Below, in pieces: positions 21,690 through 31,661 of a stretch of DNA of 64,000 bases (its first letter is position 1; each line of letters begins with the position of its first letter). Source of the stretch: an uncultured Thermoleophilia bacterium. Lineage in GTDB: Bacteria > Actinomycetota > Thermoleophilia > UBA2241. The notes below the pieces were generated by a model, which ran no database searches, had not been told where the DNA came from, and saw only the letters and a program-made list of their open reading frames with translations. Made by a program: the position numbers and the translations under genes. The stretch is from assembly GCA_963832655.1 (NCBI GenBank), contig CAWHUW010000006.1:124403-188402 (forward strand). The letters are read 5' to 3'.

Positions 21690-22198
21690 CTACCAGCGCT
21701 CGCGCCGACAAGCTCGTCCAGCGGACGGCGGTCGGTGACCGCGGGCGCCTTGTCGGGCCAGCCGAGCGGCGTGAAGGCGACGGGCTCGACGTCGTCCGGC
21801 AGCCCGAGCACGTCGCGCGCCGCGGCCGGGTCGAAGGCGGCGATCCAGCAGGTGCCCAGGCCGAGACTCGCGGCGGCGAGGATCAGGTGGTCCATGGCGA
21901 TCGTCGCGTCGACCTCGTCGTAGGGCTTGTCGTCCATGCGCCGCCAGGCCTCGCCGGGCACGGCGACGACGGCGATCACGAGCGGCGCCTGCGTGAACCA
22001 GCGGCTCCCGTACACGCGCCTGAGCTCGTCCTCGCGCCCCTCGGTGCGGATCACGACGAGCCGGAAGGGCTGCCGGTTGGCCGCCGTCGGCGCCCGGCGG
22101 GCCGCCTCCAGCACCTTCTCGAGCAGCTCGTCCGGCACCGGGTCGGGCTTGTAGCCGCGCACGCTGTAGCGCGCGGCGATCGTCTCGAAGAAGTCCAC
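21690..22198 (-). CDS. nitroreductase-family protein (3' end uncertain, possible frame change near 21715)
   Basis: VDFFETIAARYSVRGY...APTAANRQPFRLVV...GLGTCWIAAF. GTG start with SD AAGGGAGG. An alternative frame gives a compact ...RERW stop at 21690, while the open frame runs on to 21461 as low-complexity sequence. Confidence 0.7.
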
Positions 22199-22327
22199 GG
22201 GGCCTCCCTTGGCGTGCGGCGGCGGACGGCACAAGCCTAGCACCCGGCGGGCGGCGAAGGGCTATGCGTGGCCGGGCAGCTCCCGTAGGCTTGGCCCGTC
22301 GGCCGCCAGCGACGTAGCGGGAGGGCG

Positions 22328-22597
22328 ATGCCCAAGACCATCCTTTGCCTGTGCAGGGACGTGACCGTGGACGACGTGCGGCGCGCGGTCGCCGAAGGCT
22401 ACGACGACCTCGAGACGCTGAAGCGCTTCACCGGCGCCTGCACCGGGCCCTGCCAAGGCAAGACGTGTCTCGAGAGTGTCAGGAGGCTCGTCGCCGACCT
22501 GACCGGCCGCAGCCTCGACGAGGTGCCGGCGCCCCCGCGCCGGCCGCCGGTGACGCCCGTGCGCCTGGGGACGCTGGCGGCGAAGGACGAGTCGTGA
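22328..22597 (+). CDS. BFD-like [2Fe-2S]-binding small subunit
   Basis: CLCRDVTVDDVRRAV...CTGPCQGKTC Cys pattern. The stop overlaps the next start in a GTGA junction. Confidence 0.75.
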   Translation: MPKTILCLCRDVTVDDVRRAVAEGYDDLETLKRFTGACTGPCQGKTCLESVRRLVADLTGRSLDEVPAPPRRPPVTPVRLGTLAAKDES

Positions 22598-23883
22598 ACA
22601 GCCGCCGCGCAGGCGGCCGCGTCATCCCCGGGGCCACGTCGCATGAGCTGGCCGCCGCGTACGACGCCATCATCGTGGGCGGCGGCCTGCAGGGCGTCGC
22701 GCTCGCGTACGAGCTGGCGCAGCGGCGCTTCGGCCGCATCGCCGTGCTCGAGGCCGTGTACCCGGGCGCCGGCGCCAGCGGGCGCAACGGCGAGATGATC
22801 CGCTCGGCCTTCGCGACCGACGAGTGGATCGGGCTCTTCGACGACAGCCTCCGACGTTGGCAGACCCTCTCCGCGGAGCTCGACTTCAACGTCCTCTTCA
22901 CGAAGGCCGGGTACCTCGTGCTGGCCTCGACGGAAGCCGCCGCTGCGGCGTGCGCTCGCAACGTCGCGCTCCAGCAGGAGCACGGGCTGCACGTCGAGCT
23001 GCTCGGACGCGACGAGGTCTGCACCCTCTGCCCGGCCATCTCCCCGGATATGGTCGCCGGGGGCGTCTTCCAGCGCGACGCCGGTTTCGCCCATCACGAC
23101 GCGACCCTTTGGGGGTACGCGCAGGCCGCCGCGCGGCGTGGGGTCGAGATCCACCCATACACGATCGTCACCGCTATCGAGGTCACCGCGGGCGCCGTTC
23201 GCGCGGTCGTCACCGATCGCGGTCGTGTCTCGGCCGGAGTCGTCGTCGACGCCGCCGGGGGACAGGCGCGCGGAATCGCGCGCCTCGCCGGCGTCGACGT
23301 GCCGGTCGAGACCTTTCGCCTCGAGGCCATGGCGACCGAGCCGCTCGCGCCCTTCCTGCGCCCGGCCGTCAGTTCGCCGGCGATCATGGGCTACTGCCAC
23401 CAGACGACCAGGGGCGAGTTCGTCGGCGGGACCGAGCCGGACGTGCCGGTCCCGAGCACGAGCATCCGGTCGACGCTGGACGGCGCACGCGACATGGCGA
23501 CCAAGTTCGTGCGCCTCTTCCCCAGGCTGGCCGGGGTGCGCATGATGCGCCACTGGTCGGGCCTCGTGTCGCAGACCGCCGACGTGGCGCCGATCCTCGG
23601 ACGGGCGCCGCAGGTCGAAGGGTTCTACCTCGACTGCGGCTGGGTCTACGGCTTCGTCGGCGCCCCGGCGGCCGCGGCGCTCATGGCAGAGCTGATCGCC
23701 ACGGGACGGACGCCGCCGACGCTTGCGCCCTTCGGCCTCGAGCGCTTCGCGACGGGCCAGACTGATCCGCGAGACCTCACTGGTCGTGGCGTCCGCCGCC
23801 GGAGGGACGTCCGTGAGGCGGAGGAGGCGGCCGGCGGTGAGAGCGCGGCGACCTCGAGTTCGTGTTCGAGGGGCGCACGCTGA
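22594..23883 (+). CDS. FAD-dependent (DAO-family) oxidoreductase, beta-subunit-like; 3' end uncertain
   Basis: YDAIIVGGGLQGVALAYELA is the dinucleotide fold, with a sarcosine/opine-oxidase beta-like body. A tail resembling ...RFATGQLIRE... appears only in another frame near 23760, so the true stop is unclear. Confidence 0.7.
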   Translation: MNSRRAGGRVIPGATSHELAAAYDAIIVGGGLQGVALAYELAQRRFGRIAVLEAVYPGAGASGRNGEMIRSAFATDEWIGLFDDSLRRWQTLSAELDFNVLFTKAGYLVLASTEAAAAACARNVALQQEHGLHVELLGRDEVCTLCPAISPDMVAGGVFQRDAGFAHHDATLWGYAQAAARRGVEIHPYTIVTAIEVTAGAVRAVVTDRGRVSAGVVVDAAGGQARGIARLAGVDVPVETFRLEAMATEPLAPFLRPAVSSPAIMGYCHQTTRGEFVGGTEPDVPVPSTSIRSTLDGARDMATKFVRLFPRLAGVRMMRHWSGLVSQTADVAPILGRAPQVEGFYLDCGWVYGFVGAPAAAALMAELIATGRTPPTLAPFGLERFATGQTDPRDLTGRGVRRRRDVREAEEAAGGESAATSSSCSRGAR

Positions 23884-25229
23884 CGGCGCGCGAGGGCGAC
23901 AGTGTCGCCGCGGCGCTGTTCGCGAACGGCGTGCGCGTCTTCGGCCGGAGCTCGAAGTACCACCGGCCGAGGGGCTACCGTTGCGGGCGGGGGCACTGCT
24001 CGGCCTGCGCGATGCGCGTCGACGGGCTTCCCGGCGTGCGCACCTGCGTGACGCCCGTCCGCGACGGCATGCGCGTGGAACGCGAGCACGCGTGGCCGGA
24101 CGCCGGTCACGATCTGCTTCGTGCCGCCGAGATGCTCGCACCCCTCATGCCGCCCGGGTTCTACTACCGCTGGTTCCGCCGCTCGCCGAAAGCGTTCGGC
24201 GTCTTCGAGCGGGCGATCGCGTCGGCCGCCGGTCAAGGAGCTCTGCCGAGCCTCGAGGCGGCGCAGCGACTCGCCACAGCGCGCTGCCGGCGGCGTGACG
24301 ACATCGCCGTGCTGGTCGTCGGCGGCGGCGCGGCCGGGCTCAGCGCCGCCCTCGCCGCCGCCGGCGAGGGCGCCGGCGTGCTGCTCGTCGAACAGGACGA
24401 CCGGCTCGGCGGGTGGCTCGCCGACGCGCCCGGTGCCCAGGCGATGGGAACCCTGGTCGGCCGGGTGCGCGATCACGCCGGGATCGAGACGCTCACCTCC
24501 GCCGAGGCGATCGCCTGGTACGAGGAAGGCGTGCTCGCGGTCGACTGCCGGCCGGACCTGCTGCTCGTGCGGCCGACCGCGGTCGTCCTCGCGACCGGAG
24601 GGTACGAGCGGGGCCTGCCGTTTCCCGGCTGGGACCTGCCGGGCGTCATGCTGGCCCAGGGCGCCCGACGCCTGCTGCGGCGTTTCGGAGTGAGCCCCGG
24701 ATCGCGAGCCGTCGTTCTCACGACGGAAGACAGCGGCTACGCCGCCGCGCTGGAACTGAACGACGGGGGCGTCGAGATCGCCTGCGTGGCCGATGTCCGG
24801 CCGCCGCAGGCGATCCGGCAGCGCCTCGCGCGCGACGCCGAGGCGGCGGGCATCGCGCTCCTCACCGGGGTCGAGGGCGCGCAGGCACACGGGACCGGCC
24901 CCGTGTCGGCGCTGTCCCTGCGCCTCGGCGGCGACGGTCCGCCCGGGATCGTCCGGCACCAGTGCGACCTCGTCTGCGTGTCGGCCGGGACGAGGGCTGC
25001 CGACGACCTCGCCTACCAGTCGGTCGCCCGCGGTTCGCTCGTGCTGTCGGCCGACAGTTCCCTCGAGGCCGTTGCCGCCACGGGCGCGCTCGCCACGGCC
25101 GGCACCCCGGTGCTCGGACCGTGGCTCGCCGGCTTGGTCGTCGGCGCGGACACCGAGGCGGCGGCCATCGCCCAGGGAAGCGTGGCGGGGGCGGCCGCGG
25201 CTCGCGCCGCGGCCGCCCCCGCCACGTGA
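23862..25229 (+). CDS. 2Fe-2S plus FAD/NAD(P) oxidoreductase, HcnB/OoxA/SoxA-N-like alpha subunit
   Basis: FEGRTLTAREGDSVAAALFANGV...HRPRGYRCGRGHCSACAMRVDG is the Fer2_4-type domain, followed by DIAVLVVGGGAAGLSAALAAA. Confidence 0.75.
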   Translation: MFEGRTLTAREGDSVAAALFANGVRVFGRSSKYHRPRGYRCGRGHCSACAMRVDGLPGVRTCVTPVRDGMRVEREHAWPDAGHDLLRAAEMLAPLMPPGFYYRWFRRSPKAFGVFERAIASAAGQGALPSLEAAQRLATARCRRRDDIAVLVVGGGAAGLSAALAAAGEGAGVLLVEQDDRLGGWLADAPGAQAMGTLVGRVRDHAGIETLTSAEAIAWYEEGVLAVDCRPDLLLVRPTAVVLATGGYERGLPFPGWDLPGVMLAQGARRLLRRFGVSPGSRAVVLTTEDSGYAAALELNDGGVEIACVADVRPPQAIRQRLARDAEAAGIALLTGVEGAQAHGTGPVSALSLRLGGDGPPGIVRHQCDLVCVSAGTRAADDLAYQSVARGSLVLSADSSLEAVAATGALATAGTPVLGPWLAGLVVGADTEAAAIAQGSVAGAAAARAAAAPAT

Positions 25230-25266
25230 CCGCCACGGCGCGGAGGCCCCGGGTCGGGAGCGCAGC

Positions 25267-26706
25267 TCAGCTGTCGGTGCCCTGCAGCGGCCGCCGCTCC
25301 GGAGCGTCCAGCCAGGGGCGCAGACGCTCGAAGGCGGCGCCGACGCGGAAGACGCTCACGTCCTCGTAGGGCCGGCCGACGATCTGCAGCCCGGTCGGCA
25401 CGCCGTTGTCGGCGAAGCCGGACGGCACGTTGAGCACCGGGCAGCGGCTGGCGATGTTGAAGAGCGGCGTGAGCATCGCCTGGAAGTACTCCGGCAGCTC
25501 CACCCCGCCACCGTCAGCCCGTGGTCGACGTAGTCGTCGCCGGCGACGAAGCCCCGCGTCACCAGCGTGGGCAGGAGGAGCACCTCGTGATCGGCGAGGA
25601 CGTGCGCCGATGGCGCCCAGGATCTTCGCTTCGAGCCGCAGGCCTTCGGCGAACCCGATCTCGCGGTAGGCGGCCACGGAACGCTCCGCCATGGCGACGG
25701 CGTACGGGGTCAGCAGCTCGCGGTGCGCCTCGACCTCGCTCATGATGTCGGCGCCGAAGATGGCCCCGAAGTGGACGAGCATCGCCCGCACGACGTCGCG
25801 CATGCGGACCTCGAGCGGCACCTCGTCGACGGTCGCGCCGGCCTCGCGAAGGGCCTCCCCCGCGGCACGCGTGTTGGCCGCCACGTCGGGGTCGACCGGC
25901 CAGTCGCCGGGGGCGACGACCAGCGCCACCTTCATGCCCCGGACCTCGTCCAGGCGGTCGGGGATCTCGAGCTTGGGGGCCAGGCAGACCAGGTCGCGCG
26001 GGTCGGGGCCGGCGATCACGTTCTCGAAGAGGGCGCAGTCGGCCACGGTGCGCGCCAGAGGGCCCTCGTGGCAGTACTGGTCGAGACTGTAGGGTGCCTC
26101 CTCGGGGACGCGCCCGTAGGGCGGCTTGAAGCCGACGACGCCGTTGAAGGCGGCCGGGATGCGGATCGAGCCACCGATGTCGGAGCCGCTGGCGAGGGTC
26201 GCCGTGCCGCTGGCAAGCGCGGCGCCGGAGCCGCCCGACGAGCCGCCGACGGCGTACTCCGGGTTCCACGGATTGCGCGTCACCCCCCAGAGCCGGGAAT
26301 GCGTGAAGGCGGCGCAGGAGAACTCGGGCGTGGTGGTGCGCGCGTGCACGATGCCCCCGGCCGCGAGGACGCGCTCGGCGAGGATGCCCGTGTGGTCGGC
26401 CACGTCGTGCTGGTGCACCAGCGAGCCGAGCTGCCAGGGCCGCCCGGCGATCGGCATCTCCTCCTTGAGCGCGACGGGGACGCCCGTGAGGGGCCCCGGC
26501 TCCTCGCCGTGGCCCGTGTAGGCGTCCTCCGCCTTGCGCGCCGCGTCCAGCGCCTCGTCGAAGAAGGTGAAGCAGAGGGCGTTGACGGCCGGCTCGACCT
26601 CCTCGGCCCGGGCGATCACGGCCTCCATGAGGTCCACGGGGGACAGGCTCTTCTCCCGGAACAGCCGCAGGGCCTCGGTGGCGGGCAGATAGCACAGGTC
26701 GGTCAT
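25267..26706 (-). pseudogene. amidase-signature (AS) family amidase with a +1/-1 pair of frame changes about 105 nt apart
   Basis: GGSSGGSGAALASG...GSDIGGSIRIPAAFNG is the AS signature. The 35 aa between ~25505 and ~25612 read sensibly (HEVLLLPTLVTRGFVAGDDYVDHGLTV) only in ORF 25356..25583. Confidence 0.8.
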
Positions 26707-26778
26707 AGGGCCTCCCTCGGGGGCGCTGACCCCGGGATTGTACCGCCGCCGCAGCCTGGGGACAGAGGGGACGCGGCG

Positions 26779-27285
26779 TCAGGCGGCGCCGGTCTCCGGC
26801 TCCGGCAGCGACGCTGCGACTCCCGCCTCCTTCGCGCCCCTCAGCAACGCGACCGTCTGGCCGATCACGACGCCGACGGCGAAGGCCAGCAGGAGCATCG
26901 AGAGGGCGAAGGTGTACGACTCGGCGAAGAGCAGCGTCGCCGTCACGAGCACGACGGCGACGAACCAGACCCAGGTCACGACGGGCGAGCGACGCAGCGC
27001 GGCTCGCCCGTCCTCGCCCACGACGCGCGGGCCACGACTGACGAAGTAGCCGACCACCACGCCGAGAAGAGCACACACGCCGGCCCAGAGGGGGCCGAAG
27101 GTCACGCCGACGATCGCCGAGAGGGCGACGAAGAGCACGACGGCCGTAGCGGCGAACACGACTTCGCGCCACGCCTTGTACGGGCGCCGCGCGCTCATGC
27201 GGATGGCGCTCGCCAGCGCCAGCAGCGTCACCGCGCCGAGCACCGCGAGCCGGATCCAGTAGTAGATGGTGATGAAGTCGTCCAT
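26779..27285 (-). CDS. hypothetical integral membrane protein
   Basis: From MDDFITIYYWIRLAVLG there are about 5 hydrophobic helices. No recognisable family. Confidence 0.5.
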   Translation of the reverse strand: MDDFITIYYWIRLAVLGAVTLLALASAIRMSARRPYKAWREVVFAATAVVLFVALSAIVGVTFGPLWAGVCALLGVVVGYFVSRGPRVVGEDGRAALRRSPVVTWVWFVAVVLVTATLLFAESYTFALSMLLLAFAVGVVIGQTVALLRGAKEAGVAASLPEPETGAA

Positions 27286-27296
27286 GTCGGCGCCCC

Positions 27297-28004
27297 TCAG
27301 ATGAAGACCAGGAAGAAGAACAGGATGAACATGACCCCCGTGAGCATGATCGCGGCATACCACTTGTCCTCTTCGGGGATCGGCGGCGTGGCTTGGGCGA
27401 GGGAGTATGTGGAGGCCTCCGGGACCTGCTCGACCTGGGCCGGCGGCTCCGGCGACTTGAGCTTGCCGCCCTCTGTCGCCGCCTTCGGCACGGTGCCGGC
27501 CTCCGGCGGCCCGCCGAAGATCGCCTCGAGTCCTCCCTTGATCTGGTCGCCAAGATCCGGGACCTTGACCCCGGTCGCGACCCGCACGGCGAGGACAGTG
27601 CCCTTGCCTTTGTAGGTCACAACCTTCCCGGAGCCGTTGCCCGTGAGGATCCAGTTCGCCCCATCAGGCTCGACCCTGATGGTGCCGCTGACCTTGATGC
27701 CGCGCTTCTTGACGTTGATCGGCACGACGAGGGCATCGCCGTCCCACTGTTCCGGACCCTCGGCGTCGAAAGCGACCCCGATCCGATGAGCCTTGATCGT
27801 GACGCGTACCTGGCTGCCCAGGTCCTCGAGCCAGATCGTGACCTTGGACGTCGCCGTGCCTCCGCCCGAGCCGGTCCCCTCTCCCCAGCCCTCGTAGGTG
27901 CCGACGTACGAGTCGTCGGCCGCCCCGACGAGTGCCGGGAGCAGCAGCGGCACAAGCAGGACGAGCGCAACGATGACCCCCGCGCCCACGCGCGAACCTC
28001 GCAT
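27297..28004 (-). CDS. hypothetical secreted protein with C-terminal membrane anchor
   Basis: Signal peptide MRGSRVGAGVIVALVLLVPLLLPALVGAA, a beta-rich middle, and a C-terminal TM (WYAAIMLTGVMFILFFFLVFI). Confidence 0.5.
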   Translation of the reverse strand: MRGSRVGAGVIVALVLLVPLLLPALVGAADDSYVGTYEGWGEGTGSGGGTATSKVTIWLEDLGSQVRVTIKAHRIGVAFDAEGPEQWDGDALVVPINVKKRGIKVSGTIRVEPDGANWILTGNGSGKVVTYKGKGTVLAVRVATGVKVPDLGDQIKGGLEAIFGGPPEAGTVPKAATEGGKLKSPEPPAQVEQVPEASTYSLAQATPPIPEEDKWYAAIMLTGVMFILFFFLVFI

Positions 28005-28207
28005 CCCTCCCCCTCTCCTCGCAGACGATGGTGTGCGTACCGTGTACAACATGGACGCGGGGGATTCCTGCGACGGGCCCGGCCCAATCAGACCGATCGC
28101 CGAAACGGCCGGCCCTCGAGCTGAGTAGAATCGGCGGACAGAGGGACGACGGGCAGCCCGACGATCCGGGGGCTCGCGCCGTCGTCAGACCGGAGCGAGG
28201 GGGGACC

Positions 28208-28618
28208 ATGAGTGACGAATCAGCCGCTTCCGAGGTCATGCGAGCCGCAGCGGCGATCGTGACCGCCTACGGCGCCCACGACACGCAGGCCTACTTCGCC
28301 GCCTTCCATCCCGAGGCCACCTTCGTGTTCTACACCTCGCCGGAACGGCTCGGGTCCAGGGAGGAGTTCGAGACGGAGTGGGCACGCTGGGAGCGCGAGG
28401 ACGGCTTCCACGTGCTCTCCTGCCGCTCGTCCGGCCAGCACGTGCAGGTCTGGGGCGAGGTCGCGGTGTTCACCCACACGATCGAGGGCGCGGTCCGGAC
28501 GCTCGCAGGGGACGAGACGTCGACGGAGCGCGAGACGATCGTGTTCGTCCGCGAGCAGGACGGCCGCTGGCTCGCGGTCCACGAGCACCTCTCCCCCGTG
28601 CCGGCCAGCGGCGACTGA
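28208..28618 (+). CDS. SnoaL/NTF2-like (DUF4440-type) protein
   Basis: 136 aa. The pattern AIVTAYGAHDTQAYFAAFHPEATFVF...ERETIVFVREQDGRWLAVHEHLS is typical of the NTF2-like fold. Confidence 0.55.
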   Translation: MSDESAASEVMRAAAAIVTAYGAHDTQAYFAAFHPEATFVFYTSPERLGSREEFETEWARWEREDGFHVLSCRSSGQHVQVWGEVAVFTHTIEGAVRTLAGDETSTERETIVFVREQDGRWLAVHEHLSPVPASGD

Positions 28619-28699
28619 GCGTCGGCTCCTCAGGCCGGGGACGCGAGAGGGGGAGGCACCATCAGTCGCAAGGGCTGGACGCTGTTCGTCTCGCTGTGC

Positions 28700-29557
28700 G
28701 TGATCTGGGGCATCCCGTACCTGCTGATCCGCGTCGCCGTGGAGGAGCTCTCGCCGGCGGCGCTCGTCTTCTGGCGCACCGCGCCGGCGGCGCTCCTGCT
28801 GGCGCCGTTCGCGTTCCGTCGCGGCGCCCTCGGGCTCCTCCTCGCCCGCTGGCGGTGGGTGACGGCCTACACGCTCATCGAGATCGCGGTGCCGTGGCTG
28901 CTGCTCTTCCACGCCGAGCAGCGCATCTCGAGCTCGCTTGCCGGCCTGCTCGTCGCCGCCGTCCCGCTGCTGGGCGTGGTGGTGTACCGCCTGGCCGGCG
29001 TGGCCGAGCGCCTCGACGCGCGCCGCCTCGCGGGGCTGGCGATCGGCTTCGCCGGCGTGGCCGCCCTTGTCGGGATCGACGTCGGCGACAGCGACCCGCT
29101 GGCCATGGCGGAGGTCATCGTCGTCGCCCTCTGCTACGCGACCGGGCCGCTCATCATCAGCCGGCGCCTGCGCGGACTCCCGAACCTCGCCGTCGTCGCC
29201 GCCTCCCTGGTGATCACCGCCGCCATCTACACGCCGATGGGGCTGCTCGACTCGCCCGGGTCGGTGTCGGCGGAGACGGTGGCGGCCGTGGTCACGCTGG
29301 CCCTCGTCTGTACGGTGCTCGCGTTCGCGCTCTTCTTCGCGCTCATCCACGAGGTCGGGCCCGCCCGCTCCACGGTGATCACCTACGTCAACCCGCTGGT
29401 GGCGGTCCTGCTCGGCGTCGTGCTGATGGGCGAGCCGTTCACCACGGGCATCGCCGTGGGGCTGCCGCTGATCCTGCTCGGCTCGGTGCTCGGGACGGCG
29501 CCGTCGCTCAAGGCGGCGCGGGCGAAGCCCGACGCCGCCTCCCCCGCGGCGCCCTGA
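28700..29557 (+). CDS. EamA/DMT-family transporter
   Basis: Ten-TM-type hydrophobic profile (WGIPYLLIRVAV...). The true start may lie upstream, because in-frame ISRKGWTLFVSLC precedes the GTG and a GGAGG sits at ~28652. Confidence 0.75.
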   Translation: MIWGIPYLLIRVAVEELSPAALVFWRTAPAALLLAPFAFRRGALGLLLARWRWVTAYTLIEIAVPWLLLFHAEQRISSSLAGLLVAAVPLLGVVVYRLAGVAERLDARRLAGLAIGFAGVAALVGIDVGDSDPLAMAEVIVVALCYATGPLIISRRLRGLPNLAVVAASLVITAAIYTPMGLLDSPGSVSAETVAAVVTLALVCTVLAFALFFALIHEVGPARSTVITYVNPLVAVLLGVVLMGEPFTTGIAVGLPLILLGSVLGTAPSLKAARAKPDAASPAAP

Positions 29558-29629
29558 CCGCGGCGCCCTGACCGCGGCGCCGATTGGACTACAATCGGCA
29601 CGTCCACCGAGCGGCAGCTGGGAGCGACC

Positions 29630-30442
29630 ATGTGGCCATCAGGCACCACCGCCGGCGCCATCCTGTCCTTCGACTTCGACGCCGAAGAGGTGTGGCTCGC
29701 CGAGGACCCGCACAACGCGCACCGCCCCGGCGTCCTCTCGCAGGGCCATTATGGACCCAAGGTCGGGGTGCCGCTGATCCTCGCGCTGCTCGCGGACGTG
29801 GATCTTCGCGCCACGTTCTTCGTGCCCGGGGCCGTCGCCGCCCGATACCCGGACAGGGTGAGGGAGATCCTCGCCGGCGGGCACGAGGTGGCGCTGCACG
29901 GCTACACGCACCGCTCGCCGGCGGCGCTCTCGCCAGACGAAGAGGAGGACGAGCTGCGCCGCTCGCTTGAGGTGTTGCGAGCGCTGGGCGCGGACCCCGC
30001 GGGCTACCGCTCTCCGTCCTGGGACTTCAGTGAGCGCACGCTCGGGCTGCTCGCCCGCGAGGGCATCCTGTACTCGTCCAACATGATGGACGACCTGCGG
30101 CCGTACAGGCACGAGGGCTCGCCGCTCATCGAGCTCCCCGTGCAGTGGATGCTCGACGACGCGCCGCACTTCTGGTTCGACGGCGCCTCGAGCTGGGACA
30201 AGACGATCTCGGCGCCGTCCAGGGTGTTCGAGATCTGGAAGGAGGAACTGGAGGGGATCCGCCTCCTGGGCGGCCTCTTCGTCCTGACCATGCACCCCCA
30301 GTTGACCGGACGTCCCAGCAGGCTGGCCATGCTGCGGGAGCTGATCGACGTCATGAAAGCACACGCCGATCTGTGGGTCGCGACGGCCCGCGAGGTCGCC
30401 GAACGGGCGGACGCCGCCCTGGAACGGAGTGAAGATGACTGA
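29630..30442 (+). CDS. polysaccharide deacetylase (NodB-homology) family protein
   Basis: LSFDFDAEE...ATFFVPG...HEVALHGYTH...YRSPSW are NodB-type motifs. Confidence 0.8.
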   Translation: MWPSGTTAGAILSFDFDAEEVWLAEDPHNAHRPGVLSQGHYGPKVGVPLILALLADVDLRATFFVPGAVAARYPDRVREILAGGHEVALHGYTHRSPAALSPDEEEDELRRSLEVLRALGADPAGYRSPSWDFSERTLGLLAREGILYSSNMMDDLRPYRHEGSPLIELPVQWMLDDAPHFWFDGASSWDKTISAPSRVFEIWKEELEGIRLLGGLFVLTMHPQLTGRPSRLAMLRELIDVMKAHADLWVATAREVAERADAALERSEDD

Positions 30443-31610
30443 TCGCGAAGCGCACGGCTACCCGCGCGTCGTCGCCTGCGGCGCGCCGCGCGAGCTCGGC
30501 CGCCAGTATGGGCGCGCGGCGCGCGCGAGGATTCGGCGCTCGATCGAAGCGTACACGGCGGTGTTCGACTACTACGCCCACATGAGCTGGGCCGAGGCGC
30601 GCCGCAAGGCGCAGGCCTTCGTGCCCGCGATCGGCGCCTACGACGGGCGCTGCCTCACCCAGCTGGACGGCATGGCCGAGGGCGCCGGCCTCGAGTTCGA
30701 CGACCTGCTCGCCCTCAACCTGCGCAGCGAGGTGATGTTCGGGTGTGCGCCGCACGGGTCGAGCGCCTTGCACCGCCCGGGCGGCGAAGACGCGGCCGCG
30801 ACTCCGCCTCCGAACCCGGGCGAGTGCACGGCCGTCGTCGCCCTCCCCGAGGCGACGGACGACGGCCACACCCTGCTCGCCCAGAACTGGGACTGGCTCA
30901 TCCACACGCGCGACACGACCATCGTGCTCGAGGCCCGCCCCGACGACGGGCCCGCCTACGTGACCGTCGTCGAGGCGGGCCTCCTCGCCAAGACCGGCAT
31001 GAACGCGAACGGCGTCGGCGTCGTGACCAACACGCTCGTCAGCGACCTCGACGCCGCCGAGCCCGTGGTGCCGTATCACGTCATCCTGCGCTCGCTGCAC
31101 GAGTCCGAGAGCGTCGCCGACGCGCTCTCCCGCCTGTACCGCGCGACGAGGTCGTCCTCGGCGAACTTCTTCGTCGCCTCCGGCGACGGCCTCGCGATGG
31201 GCGCGGAGTGTCTTCCAGGCGGACCGCAGAACGTGCTCGTCGACGTGCCCAACGAGGGCCTCGCGGTGCACACCAACCACTTCGTGTCGCCGCGCTTCAC
31301 GGCCGGGGACATCGGCCTCCAGACCGGACCGGACAGTCTCTTCCGCCACGCGCGCCTGACGTCGTTGCTGAGAAGGAGCGAGGGGCCGGCCAGCAGGTCG
31401 CGCCTGCAGACGGCGTTCACCGACCACGCCGGTCACCCCTTCGGGGTCTGCTCACACGAGGACACGCGGGCGGTCGTCGTGGATCAGTACGCGACCATCG
31501 CCTCGCTCGTCATGGACCTGACCGAGCGGCGGATGTGGCTCGCCTCGGGCAACCCGTGCACGGCGCCGTACGTCGAGCTCGAGGTGCCGTGGGCGGGGAG
31601 TGCCGGCTAG
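30435..31610 (+). CDS. C45-family peptidase / acyl-CoA:6-APA acyltransferase-like Ntn hydrolase
   Basis: GECTAVVALPEATDDGHTLLAQNWDW shows a nucleophile Cys after the propeptide, followed by GMNANGVGVVTNTL. The start overlaps the deacetylase stop. Confidence 0.7.
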   Translation: MTDREAHGYPRVVACGAPRELGRQYGRAARARIRRSIEAYTAVFDYYAHMSWAEARRKAQAFVPAIGAYDGRCLTQLDGMAEGAGLEFDDLLALNLRSEVMFGCAPHGSSALHRPGGEDAAATPPPNPGECTAVVALPEATDDGHTLLAQNWDWLIHTRDTTIVLEARPDDGPAYVTVVEAGLLAKTGMNANGVGVVTNTLVSDLDAAEPVVPYHVILRSLHESESVADALSRLYRATRSSSANFFVASGDGLAMGAECLPGGPQNVLVDVPNEGLAVHTNHFVSPRFTAGDIGLQTGPDSLFRHARLTSLLRRSEGPASRSRLQTAFTDHAGHPFGVCSHEDTRAVVVDQYATIASLVMDLTERRMWLASGNPCTAPYVELEVPWAGSAG

Positions 31611-31661
31611 CCTCACGTGTCGCGTGGCGATCGGCGCGACGACCGCCGCGCCCCGCGTGAC

